DNA from: Spirogloea muscicola
Taxonomy: Eukaryota
Reading direction: 5' to 3'
Assembly: GCA_009602725.1 (NCBI GenBank)
Contig: WELB01000002.1
Location: forward strand, 2,048,775 to 2,112,774
Length of the DNA: 64,000 bases
The position numbers and the translations under genes are program-made. Positions 34,771-47,485 of this stretch are shown here, piece by piece (positions within the stretch are counted from its first letter, which is position 1; each line of letters starts with the position of its first letter). The notes under the pieces were generated by a model. That model was not told the origin of the DNA. It saw only the letters and a program-made list of their open reading frames with translations, and did not search any database.

Positions 34771-36906
34771 CTTTAAACCCGGACCGTACCAAGCTACACG
34801 TGGTGTGGCAAAGTTACCGGCACCATGTAGAATTTCGGAACGGAGGGGACGTTGCATACTTCCCACTTAGATGTTCACGCCCTCGAGAGCAAGGACACGA
34901 CAGTAGATGGAAACAACCCAAAGAGATAACATCCCACGGGTGTGTCCAACACTACGACGAAAAGGCACGAGGCGTACTACTGCAAATGGTCCAACCTACT
35001 TGTGCTGCGGGGCCCGCAGAGCAGTCGGTTCGAGCAGGCCCCCCCCAAGCCTGCTGCTGGGCCCCGTAGCCAACGACAGCCGCTCCCGGCTGCATGGCCA
35101 TCCCGGCATTCACCACCTCCACGCCCAAGCCGTAGCGCAGGCGGTGCTCCGCCTCCTCCTCGTCAACAGCGTCCACCACCTGAGGCTCCTCATCCGAGCC
35201 GTAACGCAGGCCGTGAGCCGCCTTCTCCTTATCCATCCTCCTCTGATCTGCCTGCGCCACAATGTAGCTGGCTACCATAGCTCGCAACTCCGCCAGCTCT
35301 GCCTTCATCAGCTCCAGCTCGGCGCATGCCCGCAACTCCGCTAGTTCTGCCTGGACCAGCTCCAGCTCATGGACGAGGATCTGGCCTGAGCAACGGCTGG
35401 CGCCTGCTCATCTGTCCCGAGCTCTCGGCACCTCCCCGCGCCCACCTGGGAGCAGCACCCTGCTCCTTGCACCTCTCCGCGCTCACCGCGCCTCTCCGCG
35501 CTCTTGGCGTATTTCCTCGCCCTCGACGCTGCTGCGTCTCTCGCCAACGTGACTGCGAGACCGCCCTCGATCTCCGCACCATCGGCGCCTCAACGCCCTC
35601 GACGCCGCTGCGTCACTCGCCCTCCCTTGCGCGACCGCCGCAGTTGCCGCTGCAGACAGATCTCCGACGCGGATCTGCGGACAGATCTGCGGACGGCCTC
35701 TCTCCGCCATCCGATTTGATCGAGGCCCACCCCCGCTATGGGGGGGTCAAGGCAGTAGGTACACACTCAGCGTCCGGCTCTCCGGCCCGCCCGACTGCCC
35801 ACTAGCCGACGCCACAACGACGCTATGCGCTCGGGCATGACAAAGGTCGGCACACGTGCCGCTTCGCCAATGACAGCTTCACGTTCAATGTGGAAAACGT
35901 TTTACTCGAATTAGAAATATTTTGTCCAGAATACAGAGGGATCCTTGCACTGTCAGCAGTGAAAGACAACCTTCTACGTGACTGGCTAGATGCAAGGAGT
36001 CCTCTGATACTGATGTGGCGTCCCTGTCCTATAAACACAGTCAGAAACAGGACGTCCTGTTTGGGGTTCGGTCATAGGGTGTTTTGTAGACAAACCTCAT
36101 CCAGGAGAACGCCAACGCACATACGCGCACATGGCGCAGCGGAAGCCTTACCCCGAGGCACTGCCACAGGGCGGGACTCTACCGACGGAACTACAGAGAG
36201 TCGGCGGAGCCCGCAGCGACGAGCTGCGGCGACGGGCTGGGCAGCAGGAGGCAGCCGCAGAGCTGTGGCTGCGACGGCGGCAGCAGGCAGCAGCGGGGCT
36301 GGCTAGGCAGCAGCAGGTCTGTGTCTCTCTTGGCGTCGGTCGGACTGCGGAGTCTGGCCTCGGCCCATGCTTGTAGCGTTTCTCCTGCCGCCTGTCCGAG
36401 AGGGTGTGACGAGGCAGAGGGTGTGACGAGGGTAGCCCCCAAGATCCTCCCCAGGAGGGGCGGGCCTGACAAATGGGGAACAGGAATACGAACCTAGGGA
36501 ACTGGCGCGTGCCGCGCGCGGTGCAAGCCTGACGAATGGAGGGCGAGCCGCGTGGCGCGTGCTGCTCGTGGCGCGAGCCGGACGAGTGGGAAGGCGAGTC
36601 GCGTGGCGCGTCTGCGCGTGGCGCGAATCCGACGAATGGGAAGGCAAGTCGCGCAGCGCGTGCTGCGCGTGCCGCGAGCCGGACGAATGGGAAGGTGAGG
36701 CGCGTAACGCGTGCTGCGCATGGCGCGCGCCGCCTGTGGCGCGTGCAGCGCGTGCTGCGGGGCGCGTGCTGCACGTGCCCAGGGCTTCAGCCGACACTTA
36801 GCTACAAGTAGGGCAGCGAAGTTATGCGTCGTTCAAAACGGTTGATACGATACGATCATGTAAGGTCACCGGCACCGTTGGCACGCTTAAACGGGGGGAA
36901 CGTTAC
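34770..36906 (-). mobile_element. Internally deleted, non-autonomous Gypsy-type LTR element
   Basis: 5' LTR 36906-36014 (family E) and Met-type PBS remnant (CAGTATCAGAG, ~36002-36012). The ~1.15-kb interior has a coiled-coil-like ORF and a VGPFAVVRLV integrase scrap. PPT AAGTGGGAAG at ~34859-34869; truncated 3' LTR from 34856. Confidence 0.7.
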
Positions 36907-37971
36907 CCCGCGAGACAGGAGGTCACGCCAAGCGGGACATCGCTGGTGGGAGAAGACAATGCGCGCGGGAGAAGACACCGAGTGTCCCGCGCCACAGATA
37001 CCGCATGTATGCGTCTGGGAGAGTTTTGCGCCCAGACGGGCGGAACGATAGATAACCCCTCACTGAGGTTTTCATATCCTCGTGAACAAGAACGTAAGAG
37101 AGTCCGAACAGATCACATCCGACGGGTACGTCCAGCACTACGACGCAAAGGATTGAGTTGTCCCTGTGCAAGATACTTTCGGAGAACGGACGGGCAACGG
37201 GCAAAATGGCCGAAGGTTCCCAGGAACGTGTTGTGCTCAGGCCCAAAGCCTAGCCACTTGACAAGATACTCTCGGAACTTACGGCGCCCACGGATTTTGT
37301 CGCGGTGAGACAAATTTTCTCCACCTCGTACTCCTCCTCATTCTCAACGACAAGGGGAGGTGGGGCCGGTTGGACACAACCATCCGTATGGAATGGCTCG
37401 AGCTGGAATGGACAATGAATACCCTCTGGATCTTCCATCGTAACGGGATATCCAGCTTAAATGCGACCTTGGCAACCAGGCGCATGACATGCAAGGGTCC
37501 AACCCACTTGGGTAGCAACTTAGGCGTACCAACAGCCCGCATGGAGAGATGCTTTGTGCTTGAGAGCACTTGAGCACCCACGTCGAAGAAGACATCGCGA
37601 CGATGTCGATCAGCTTCTCCTTTTGCCGTTGCTGGGCAATCTCCAAATATTGCCGAGCCCTCCACTGAGCTTCCAGAAGATTACCAGTCAAAGCTACTGC
37701 GGCCGGCACACGTTCCGGTCTCCCCACCTGCAGATGCTCCGGAATGCTGACCATAGTTGAGAAAGAAGGGTGTGTCTGTAGTGGGCTCATGGAAGGCATT
37801 GTTCACAGCGTACTCCGCTGGAGCAAGATACTCATCTCAGTCACATTAGCTGGGGCTTACATGATGCCGCAATACGTCCTCCAAAACCGCTTGCATACTT
37901 TCCATCTGACCACCCGTTTGGGGTTGAAAAGCCGTGGACATAGATTGCTGGGTGCCAATCAGTCGGCACCT

Positions 37972-38097
37972 CAAGCTGCAGCAGAACATGTAGCGCGAGC
38001 TGCTATTCAATTCGGCATTCAATCGGTTGAAGTACGCATTCAAAGATTAGGTCATGGTGCTCCCAGTGCCTTACAAGGCTTGCAATTGGAGGCTCTT
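37972..38097 (+). pseudogene. rps11: Organellar (mitochondrial-type) ribosomal protein S11 fragment inserted in integrase
   Basis: Translates QAAAEHVARAAIQFGIQSVEVRIQRLGHGAPSALQGLQL, matching the uS11 core pattern (AQ.AAE..A..A.Q.G...VEV.IKG.G.G....L.GL). More AT-rich than its flanks and absent from the homologous integrase at ~59390-59410. Confidence 0.8.
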
Positions 38098-38131
38098 TCT
38101 TTCCAGAAGTGCCCCATAAAGCGAGGTTCGC

Positions 38132-38638
38132 TGTAACGATCCAGCCGTTTGGTTATGCCACACGGTGCTGATAGCGTTACATGATCGCCAGCCACTTGAT
38201 GGACAAGTGGGCCCGTCCAGGTGCGGGCAACTCCCGCCCGTCCTGGACTGTCCCTCGCCAGGTTCCACCCTGCCAAGGGGGGACCTTGGGCCCGCCGCAA
38301 GGGCAGGCCTTGGGGCGACCCGCTCACACTCCTGGAGGGGGGGTGGCACGGGGAAGCACGAAGAGCCTTGGGGGCAGAGGCTCGAAGGAGTTCGAGCCGG
38401 TGAAGCCCAGGAGCAGCCTTGCCGCTGCTCGCCGCCGCACCTTGCTGCGGGGCCTGCTGCGCCGGCCTGCGCCCAGGAGGTGGAGTCGCCGCCGGACGGC
38501 GGCGCCACGGGGCCTGTCTTCCGCTGCGCCTATGCGCTAGTGCTTTGCCTGTGTAGTGGGTTGGTCACTAAACCCCTACAGCCGAACTCAAGAAGGACTG
38601 CTCACCCTAACTGCGTGTGTAGGGCGACGTTCCTTACA
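38132..38638 (+). mobile_element. Solo LTR, family A, inserted in integrase
   Basis: TGTAAC...CTTACA termini; flanks TTCGC/GTCGC. Confidence 0.9.
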
Positions 38639-40261
38639 GTCGCGGTCAGACACGAGTCGCTCGGGAGCTCCGTGCAGTTTCCATACTCGATCCACGAATA
38701 TACCAGCAAACTCCTTGGCTGACACCTTTGTGGTCGTAGGCACAAAATGCGCCATCTTACTCAACCGATCCAAAGCAACGACAATGGCGTCACAGCTGCT
38801 CCGCGTCATCGGCTGGGTGATGAAGTCCACACTTACATCAGACCACTTCCTCGGAGGAATCTCCAACGGTTGGAGCAACCCGGCAGGCTTATGAGAGCGT
38901 GCCTTACTGCGCTAGCAGGTAGCACAAGTCTTCACGAAAGACTCCACTTGGACTTTTATCCGGCCACCAAAGTTGAAGCTAGACAGCTTTCTGTCTTTCC
39001 CACACCCACATTATCACTGTACAGAGGCTCATGCAGCTGCTCTTTTAAGATACTGCGGCGCAAGGCATTGCAGTCAGGAACGACAATGGCGTCACCTTGC
39101 CACCAGAAGCCTTGGTCATTTACTAGTGTGCTTGTATTGGTTTCACTATAAACCATGAGTCTGTGCCGTACCCATCACGAGTACGCACATACAGCTCGGA
39201 GAGGTTGGCGGTCGGCTGCCGAGCAGCTCCACGAGTAGGCCGCACGTCTGCGGTCTAAATCCCTGAAGCGTGCAAGACAACCGCCACAGCAGCCCCCTAC
39301 AATGTTGCGGCTTACCGGGTCCGCAACATTTATCCTTCCAGGGCGGTACTCCCACGGGAAACGGAATGTGGCCATGCACTCAGCCCACCGTGCTTGACGC
39401 CTGCCCGACTGCTGTTGTGCGTGGAAGTAGAGATAGCATTACCACACACGTAGGGCGTGCACACAGCAAAGAGCTCTTGCTCCCCCCTAGTATACTTACG
39501 CTCCGCAGGACGAAGCAGGGAACTCTCAAACGCTACCGGGTGACCCTCCTGCAAGAGAACGACACCAATGACGACCAAAGAGGCGTCACATAGTACTTCA
39601 GATGGCACGCCTTCTCGAGGCAAGGCTAAAACGGGTGGATGCACCAGGAGCTGTTTGATATTCTCAAATGCCCTCTGGCATTCGGATATCCACACCCAGA
39701 TTGCGTCCTTGCAAGTGAGCTTCGTAAGAGGAGATGCCATACTCCTGTACCCTTACAGGAATTTAGGGAAGTAATGTGCGAATTCCAAGAAGGAAGGCAA
39801 CTTTGGCGCATTCCGTAGCACATTTACTACTACATTTCTTGACCTCTACGGTGGGGTTGACTGGTCTTGGTGGGGTTGACGCGAACCCTGTCTTTGTCCA
39901 CGACATGCCCTAAGTATGTTCCGGCTGGTTATACACGTACTTGGCATACGATTTGATTCACACTCAGCAATTGCAGTACTTTGCAGGTGCAGTATGTGAT
40001 CCTCGGGCTTTTTACTGAACACCAGCCTGCCTTTCATTTGCAGGTGCAGTATGTGATCCTCAGGCGTTTTACTGAACATCAGCCTGCCTTTTAAGTAAAG
40101 CGGCACAGAGGCACACAGTAGGGGATCAAAGACTTTCATCATCACAGCCTGACACGTAGCAAGTGATTTTGGTGGAACGAAACGGAGCATCTTGCATCAG
40201 AAGTAGCCGACCGGCCTACAATAAGTTGAAGACGGAACTTCCTGAGGTGTCAGACTAAAAT

Positions 40262-40978
40262 TGTTACATGCCCTCCGTTTGGGAGTGCCGACGGTGTCAG
40301 TAGTCTTACATGACTGTATCGTATCTTCTGTTTGGGAGTTCCCAAACGGTGCCGTTAGCTTTGCTTTACTGTCTGTAGCTAAGTACGGGCCGAGGCCCCC
40401 GGTTTTGTAACGCACGTGCACCGCCAAGGAGGCGCCCCTTCGTGCCTCGCTGGCGCCGTACGAGGCGCCGCGTCGTGCCGCCCAAGGCGCCGCGTCGCGC
40501 CAATTTGGTGCCGCACAAGGCGTCGCTTCGTGTCTCCTTTTACCACCCAGAGGGCTTCGTTTCGTGTCCCCATAGGTCAGGCCCGCCCCTCCGGGGGAGG
40601 ACCTTGGGGGCGACCCTCGTCACACCCTCGAGGGACGGGTGGCAGATGGAACGTATATCTGTAGTAGGCCGAGGCCAGACTCCTCAGTCGGACCCGTGAC
40701 GCCAAGAGAGGCACAGCTCCACTGCTGCCTGCTGCCGCCGCCGCCGCCGCCACAGCTCTGCTGCCGCCGCCTGCTGCCCAGCCGGTCGCCGCAGCTCGTC
40801 GCTGCGGGCCCCGCGTGCTCTCTGTAAGTTTATGGTAGAGTCACCGCCCTAGGGCGGTGCCTCAGAAAATTTCCGCTGCGCTCTTTGCGCGTATGTGCGT
40901 TGGCGTTCTCCTGTATGAGGGTTGTCTTCTAAACACCTATACTTGAATCCAAATCAGGACATTCTGACCCTAAATGAC
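40262..40978 (+). mobile_element. LTR, family E-like, 3'-truncated
   Basis: Starts TGTTACATGCCCTCCGTTTG and is collinear with the reverse complement of 47486-48143. Confidence 0.75.
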
Positions 40979-40979
40979 G

Positions 40980-43900
40980 GCGGTCCCGCACGGGGGCCTC
41001 GGTGGCGCGGTGTCCACCCTGCCGCCCCGCCCCGACCGACCTGGCCTGACCAGGTGGAAGCGCACGGGGCCTCGGTGGCGCGGTGTTCACCCTGGCGCCC
41101 CGCGCACAAGGCCGCGATGGCACGGTGTCCACCCTGGCGCCCGGCGCACGGGGCCGCGGTGGCACGACCCGGCGCCTCCACACGTCGGCCCCGACAGCCG
41201 GGCCTTCCCCGGCATCGGCTCCGCTTTTCCCTACGCACGCGTACCACGGCCTGTCGGCGGATAGCCCATCTGAGAGCGGGAGGTGAAACCGGCAGCCGCT
41301 GGGCGGCAAAGGTTTATCGTTCGACCAAGCTCGGCTTTGTGCTCCGGTCTTGGACCTTCTCTGCAGTTGCTTGTCTGCCATGCTGTATGGAGGTAAGGGT
41401 TAGCGCGCTGTCTTGCTTGCTCGCTTGCTGGGGCACCAGTATTGCGGTGTCCTGCTATTCAGTAGAAAGTAGTGATATGCTGACCATCGGAATCTGAATT
41501 GATCACTCAGTCTTTTTCGTTGGAAGGCATGGAGTCGCGATACTCTAGTGCGCGCCCCAGCCCTCCTCGGCCGGCTGCTCAACCGACTGCAGTGGAGGCG
41601 CAGACCAACGAGCTGGCACAACGACTCCGAACGGAGCTCCGGACGATGGACGGCCCTGATGGCCCGGCCCTCCGGACGGCTACTGGCCCTGGCGGCCTGT
41701 CGCCGGAGGACTTGCGCCGAGTCGCACTCCTCGCGGAGCGTCTGGAGGCGGAGATGGCTATCGTACCTGCCTCACACGCTTTGGGGGCGTTGTGCGAGGA
41801 GGTGCAGGCCACGCTCAATACCGCTGAGCGTCGACGTCGGCGGAGGGCCTGGGCCCAAGTGCACTGGTTGCACGGGGCCTCGGTGCGTGAATTACACCAC
41901 GGCCAGAGCCGCCAGATCCAGGCGAACACCCTTCGTGGGTCGGGTCGCCCGTCCCCACCCCGCAATAAGTCCGGCCACATGGAGCATGGGGGCCTCCAAG
42001 TGTGGCTGGAAAATATCACGGATTGGCTCGTGCTATGCGGCACGGCCAAGGAGGCAAGAGTGGGTCTTGCTGCTGCATACCTGCCTGGCGCGTCTCTCCA
42101 GTGGTGGAACTCCGTGAAGCAAAAGCTCCACCTCCGAGATGTACAACACGTGAGAGTTATTCTCGCGCTCGTTGGCTGCATTGTTTGCTTAGGTCCTATA
42201 CGCAAGCTTGGGGCTGGCGTGGATCTCATCACGATCGAAGTATTTTTTGATTTTTATCGATGGCGGCTCATGGCGCAAGCTTACTACTTTGCCTTGTCAC
42301 CCATCGATCAAGCGCCCTCCGGCTGCGGCGGGACGAAAGCGAGGCCCACTGAGGGGCCGCATGCACAGGCTCTCCAGCTGAGGTGGGCGTTCTTTGTTAC
42401 CAAGCTGTGCCAGCTCGGACGAAGGCGAGGCCTACTGAGGGGCCGCATCTCAGTCCCGCCGGGGGCTTAAGGATATGGCGTTGGAGCCACGCGCTCGTTG
42501 TTTTCGCTGCGGCGACCCGGACCATCGCATCCGGGATTGCAAGGCTTTGGGCGGGATATGCGTCGACCCCAAGACGACTTTGTCGTACGGAATTGGCCTG
42601 TGCCACGGAATGTGCCTCAGCTGCGATCCTTCCAGGGATCCGCGGATGACTTCCGGAAGTTCCCACAAGGCTTTGGGAACTTGGCAATTCCTCTTACGCG
42701 GCTCACTCGTAAGGACGTACCCAGGGAGTGGTCGTCCGAATGCCAAAGGGCATTCGAGGATATCCAACAGGCTCTTACATCTCCGCCTGTACCGCCTTTC
42801 CTCGAGAAGGCGTGCCGTATCAGCTGATTTGTGACGCCTCGTTGACTGCCATTGGTTGCCGTGCTCTTGCAAGAGGGCCACCCGCTAGCGTTCAAGAGTC
42901 GCCTGCTGAACCCGCAGGGCGAAATTACACTACAGGTGAGCAAGAGCTGCTGGCTCTGGTGCACGCCATACACGATTGGCGTTGCTACCTGGAAGATGTG
43001 GATTTTACAATAGTCACGGATCATTGCCAGTTGACTTACTTCCACACTCAACAGCAACTGACGAGGCGGCTAGCTCGGTGAGCTAAATGATGGCATCATT
43101 CCGATTCCAGTGGAAGTACCGCCCTGAGAGGCTCGATGTTGCGGACCCGGTGATCCGCAACATTGCAGGGGCTGCAGCAGTGCTTGCCTCGAACGCGTTG
43201 CGAGATGCGGATGCAGGCAAGCATCCTACTCGTGGCGCTTCTTGGCAACCGACTGCCAACCTCTCTGATGTGCGTATTCGTGATGGGTACGGCACAGACC
43301 CTTGGATTGCGGAGGGTAGGTAACCAACGTACGCACACTTTCCGATGACAATGGCTTTTGATGGCACGGCGACGCCATTGTGGTTCGGGACTACAATGCC
43401 GTGCGGAGCACCATCATGCAGGAGCTGCATGATACGCCATATAGTGGTAATCTGGCAGTTGATAAGTCCACAAAGGCCGTAAAAAGCCTTTTCCGGTGGC
43501 CCACGCACACGCTTTGGGGCAAAGCTGTGCCACATGCAGCGAAGCAAGGCAATCTCTGGCAAGTCAGCCGGCTTACTTCAACCCCTGAAGATCCCTGAGC
43601 GGAATTGGGCTGATGATAGTGTTGATTTGATCACACAATTGCCTAAGACACGGAATGGATTTGATGCCATCATCGTCTTTGTGGATCGGTTGAGCAAGAT
43701 GGTGCCCTTTGCTCCAAACGACCACGCGTGCTACGGCAAAGGACTTTGCTGGCATCTTTGGGGATAAGCTGTGGAAGTTCCATGGCGTACCCGAAAGGGT
43801 GGTCTCAGACCGCGAATCTGGCTTTGCGGGTCACTTCCGGCAACAAGTATGCAAGCTTATGGGCACTGAGCAGGCCAAGTCCACTGCCTTCTATCCCCAA

Positions 43901-45406
43901 CGTGATGGCCAGACCGTGAGGATGATTCGGGTTTTGGAGGACATACTACGGCATTTTGTCAACCCAAGTCAGACCGACTGGGATGGTTCGGCTCCGGCCG
44001 AATGTGCTTTGTCGTAAGCTTATCACGGGGTCCACCAGAGAGAGACCCCTCTTCATCAATGACGGTAAGCATCCCCGACCACCTTTGCAGGTGGGGAGGC
44101 CGGCATGCGTTCCGGCCACTGTCGCCTTTACCCGAATCCTCTTGGAGGCCCAATGACGGGTCTGGCATTCCTTGGAAATTGTCCAGAAGAGGCAGAACGC
44201 TTATGCTGACCAACGTCGGAAGGATGCGTCCGTCGACGTGGGTGCTCACGTACTGTTGAGTTCAAGGCACCTATCTTGCGGGCAGTGGGTACGCACAAAT
44301 TGCTACCCAAGTAGGTTGGACCTTTCACCCGTGGTACGACTTGTTGGCAAGGTGTCGAATGAGCTCGGTACACTGGTAAAGTGGAAGACTCACAATTTTT
44401 TCCACGTGTCCCAGCTCCGGACCTTCCATCCAGATGACCGCGTCCAACCGCCCCCCTCTCATATCTTGCTCGGATGGGGTTTGAGTACGAGGTGGACGAA
44501 ATCTTGTCACACCGGGACAATTTCCGTGGGCGTAAGACCCTTGAGTATCTCGTGAAGTGGCTCGGCTATAGTCCTGAGCACAAAACATGGGAGCCTGCCG
44601 CCAATCTTGCCAATTGCCCGGCAGCTATCCGGGACCACTTCGCGCAGGGTGGTAACTCCCCTCCGCTACGTAGCGGCCGCAAGTGTGGGATTTAAGTTGC
44701 TTTGGGGTTGTGTCCTGTTCCCGCGGACGTGAACATCTAAGTGGGGAGAAATGGAACGTTCTCACTTTCTATGAGCGTTAACCCAGGTGCTGGCCTGATT
44801 GGCACGTGGCCGACCTGACCTGGCCAGGCGGTCCCGCACGGGGGCCTCGGTGGCGAGGTGTCCACCCTGGCGCCTCGCCCCGACCGACCTGGCCTGGCCA
44901 GGTGGTCGCGCACGGGACCGCGGTGGCCCGGTGTCCACCCTGGCGCCCTGCGCAAGGGAGCGTGGTGGCACGGTGTCCACCCCGGCGCCTCCTCATGTCG
45001 GCCCCGACAGCGGGGCCTTCCCCTCGAGCAGCCTGCCCCTCGGGGCGGCCGCATGCGGCCCGCCCCGCGGGGTGGGCCATGGAGCGACCCCATGCGCCCC
45101 GGGAGGGGGGCGGCACCGTGAGCACTAGCAGTCTGGGGGCAGAGACACGGACAGCAGTTCGGATCGGTGAAGCCCCGAGAGCGGCGCAGCCCTGCTGCTG
45201 AAGTCCCGAGAGCGGCGCAGCCCTGCTGCTGCGCCTGCTGCTGCAGCCCGTCGCCGGCAGGACGCTGCCGCCACAGGGCAAGACTTCCGCGTGCGCCGAG
45301 GCGCGAGGTGCTTCACGGTGTAGGGGTTTGCTCCTAATCCCCTACCTCCAAACCCAATCAGGATTTTACCGCCTAATTGCCTGTAAACAGGGGTCGGGTC
45401 ATGACA
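40980..45406 (+). mobile_element. Degenerate chromovirus-type Ty3/Gypsy element with deletions (LTR family F)
   Basis: Partial 5' LTR 40980-41230 matches 44830-45020. Gag (WLENITDWL..AAAYLPGASLQWW) with zinc knuckle CFRCGDPDHRIRDC. Protease and most of RT are missing; RNase H, integrase and chromodomain ([23 protein letters not shown]) are present. PPT AAGTGGGGAGAAA; 3' LTR 44752-45406. Confidence 0.88.
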
Positions 45407-45409
45407 TCA

Positions 45410-47485
45410 GCCGTGGTTCGCCGGCGAGTCGGACACAGACCAGCAGCCCGCACTCCAGAAGCATTCAATGTAGCCAACGCATCATCGCCATGATGTTGCA
45501 ACTCACAGGGTCCGCAACATTAAGCCGTCCAGGGCGATAAACCCACTGAAGACTGAACTGTGCCATGCACTCAGCCCATCGAGCTTGACGCCTAGTAATG
45601 CTGCTTGCTGCGTATGGACATTTGTCAACGGGCAATGATCCATGACAACTGTAAATTTCACACCTTTCAGGTAGCAACGCCAGACACGTAAGGCGTGCAG
45701 CACAGCCAGCAATTCCTGCTCGCCCGTAGTGTAGTTTGGCTCTGCAGGGATCAGCAGGCGACTCTCGATTGCCAACGGGTGACCCTCTTGCAAGAGCACG
45801 GCACCAATGCCGGTCAAAGAGCATCGCAGATGAGCTCATATGGCACGCCTTCAAGAGGAAAGGCCAGCACAGGCGGAGATGTCAGTGCCTGCTGTATTCC
45901 CTTAAAAGCCCTCTGGTATTCGGACGACCAATCCCAAGGTACGACCTTACCAGTCAGCTTCTTAAGAGGAAGTGTCAAGTCCCGACAGCCTTGTCGGAAC
46001 TTACGGAAGTAGTGTGCGAATCCCAAAAAGGAGCGCAATGTAGGTACATTCCGTGGCACAGGCCAATCCCGTACGACCTATGTCTTCTTGTTGTCGACAG
46101 ATATGCCGTCTTTGCCCACGACATGCCCAAGGTATGATCGCTCTGGCTGATGAAATGCGCACTTGGACCTTTTGGCATACAGTAAATTTTCACGCAGCAA
46201 CTGCAGCACTCGGCGCAGATGGCTCGCGTGATCCTCAAGCGATTTGCTGAACACCAGTATGTCGTTCAAGTAAACCAGCACAAAATCGTAGAGCAGGGGG
46301 CCAAAGACCCTCGACATCACCGCCTGGAACGTAGCCGGTGCATTGGTCAAACCAAAGTCAGCACCTTCAATTGAGAATGTCCAAGCGGCGTACAGAACGC
46401 CGACTTTGAAGATTTGGCAGGCGTGATACGAATTTGGTGATACCCACTTGCCAGCTCCAGGGAGCCAAACACAGTAGCCCCTGCAAGCCAATCGAACAGA
46501 TCATCTATCCAAGGCAATGGGTATCAGTTCTTGATAGTAAGCTGCTTCAAAGCCCGATATTCAATGCACAACTGTAGAGTGCCATCCTTCTTTTTGACAA
46601 AGAGGATGGGTGCTCCGTATGGCGATATTGAGATGGCTCTATGTAGCCATTCGCCAGCAGGTCTTGACCTGGGATTGCATTTCTCGAACTTCGAGAGGGC
46701 TCAGCCGGTACATGGGACGGTAAGGCGGGGGAGCACCTGGCTCCAAAGTAATTGTATGAGTCACCAACTCGGTGAGGAGGTAGACCGTCCGGAAGAGATC
46801 CGGGAAACAAATCCGCAAACTCTTCCAACAGCTTATCAAGAACCCCGCCTATGTAAATCCGCAGCATTCACACACAAGTCAGGCTCAGACTCGTCACTCA
46901 ACGCCACCATCACAAATAATGCCATCTGCACAGTGTTCTTGTGATTCAGTCGCTTCACCTGCATGGCGGACAGCAGAATGGAAGCCCCTGCCGCCAGTGG
47001 CGGTGCACAGGGAAGCCTCTTGCAAAGGACAAAGTGCCGTGCGCCACGTTGTACAGTGCAAGTTTGGCGTTCAAAATCAAGGCATGTTGCACGAAGCCAG
47101 TCACTGCCCAATGTCACATCAACTTTGGCAGTCAACTCAATGGCGTAAGAAGGCACCTCGGCTTTGTATTGCTGGATGCGAGAGGGAACCTTGCACAGGC
47201 CCAACACATCGGTTGGGTGGCCATCGGCCAATGTCACTCTAGGCAAACCATCTGCTTGCAAATTCAAGCCAGTGGAACACACCAAATTCCAATTAACGAA
47301 GGACACTGAGGCCCCTGAGTCCATGAGTATCCTGGCCGGTGCCTCAGCAACCAGCTCCCCATAAAGCATCGTGTGTCCCTCATGGTCACTGCTACCAAGG
47401 ATTGGGGTGCGAGCGACATATACCCTGACCTCTGTCGGTAAGGCCTAAGCTGTGTCGCATCAAAACTACGCCTAAGGAGCCTGTG
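45410..47485 (-). mobile_element. Ty3/Gypsy pol fragment (protease, RT, RNase H) of a host element
   Basis: ILMDSGAS protease motif; [66 protein letters not shown]. Confidence 0.9.

Larger units (their letters stand above)
36907..40261 (-). mobile_element. Degenerate chromovirus-type Ty3/Gypsy element (RT remnant, RNase H, integrase, chromodomain, partial 3' LTR of family D)
   Basis: [81 protein letters not shown]-like AGTGAGGGG, then LTR from 37052. Confidence 0.9.

Noticed and set aside
36531..36730. Regularly spaced repeats as a CRISPR array
   Set aside because: Whole units repeat without unique spacers, they lie inside an LTR, and there are no cas genes.
39978..40092. 57-bp tandem duplication in a decayed RT
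   Set aside because: Real, but an ordinary local duplication in a dead element. Similar small duplications occur at ~2041, ~12365, ~12890 and ~28293.
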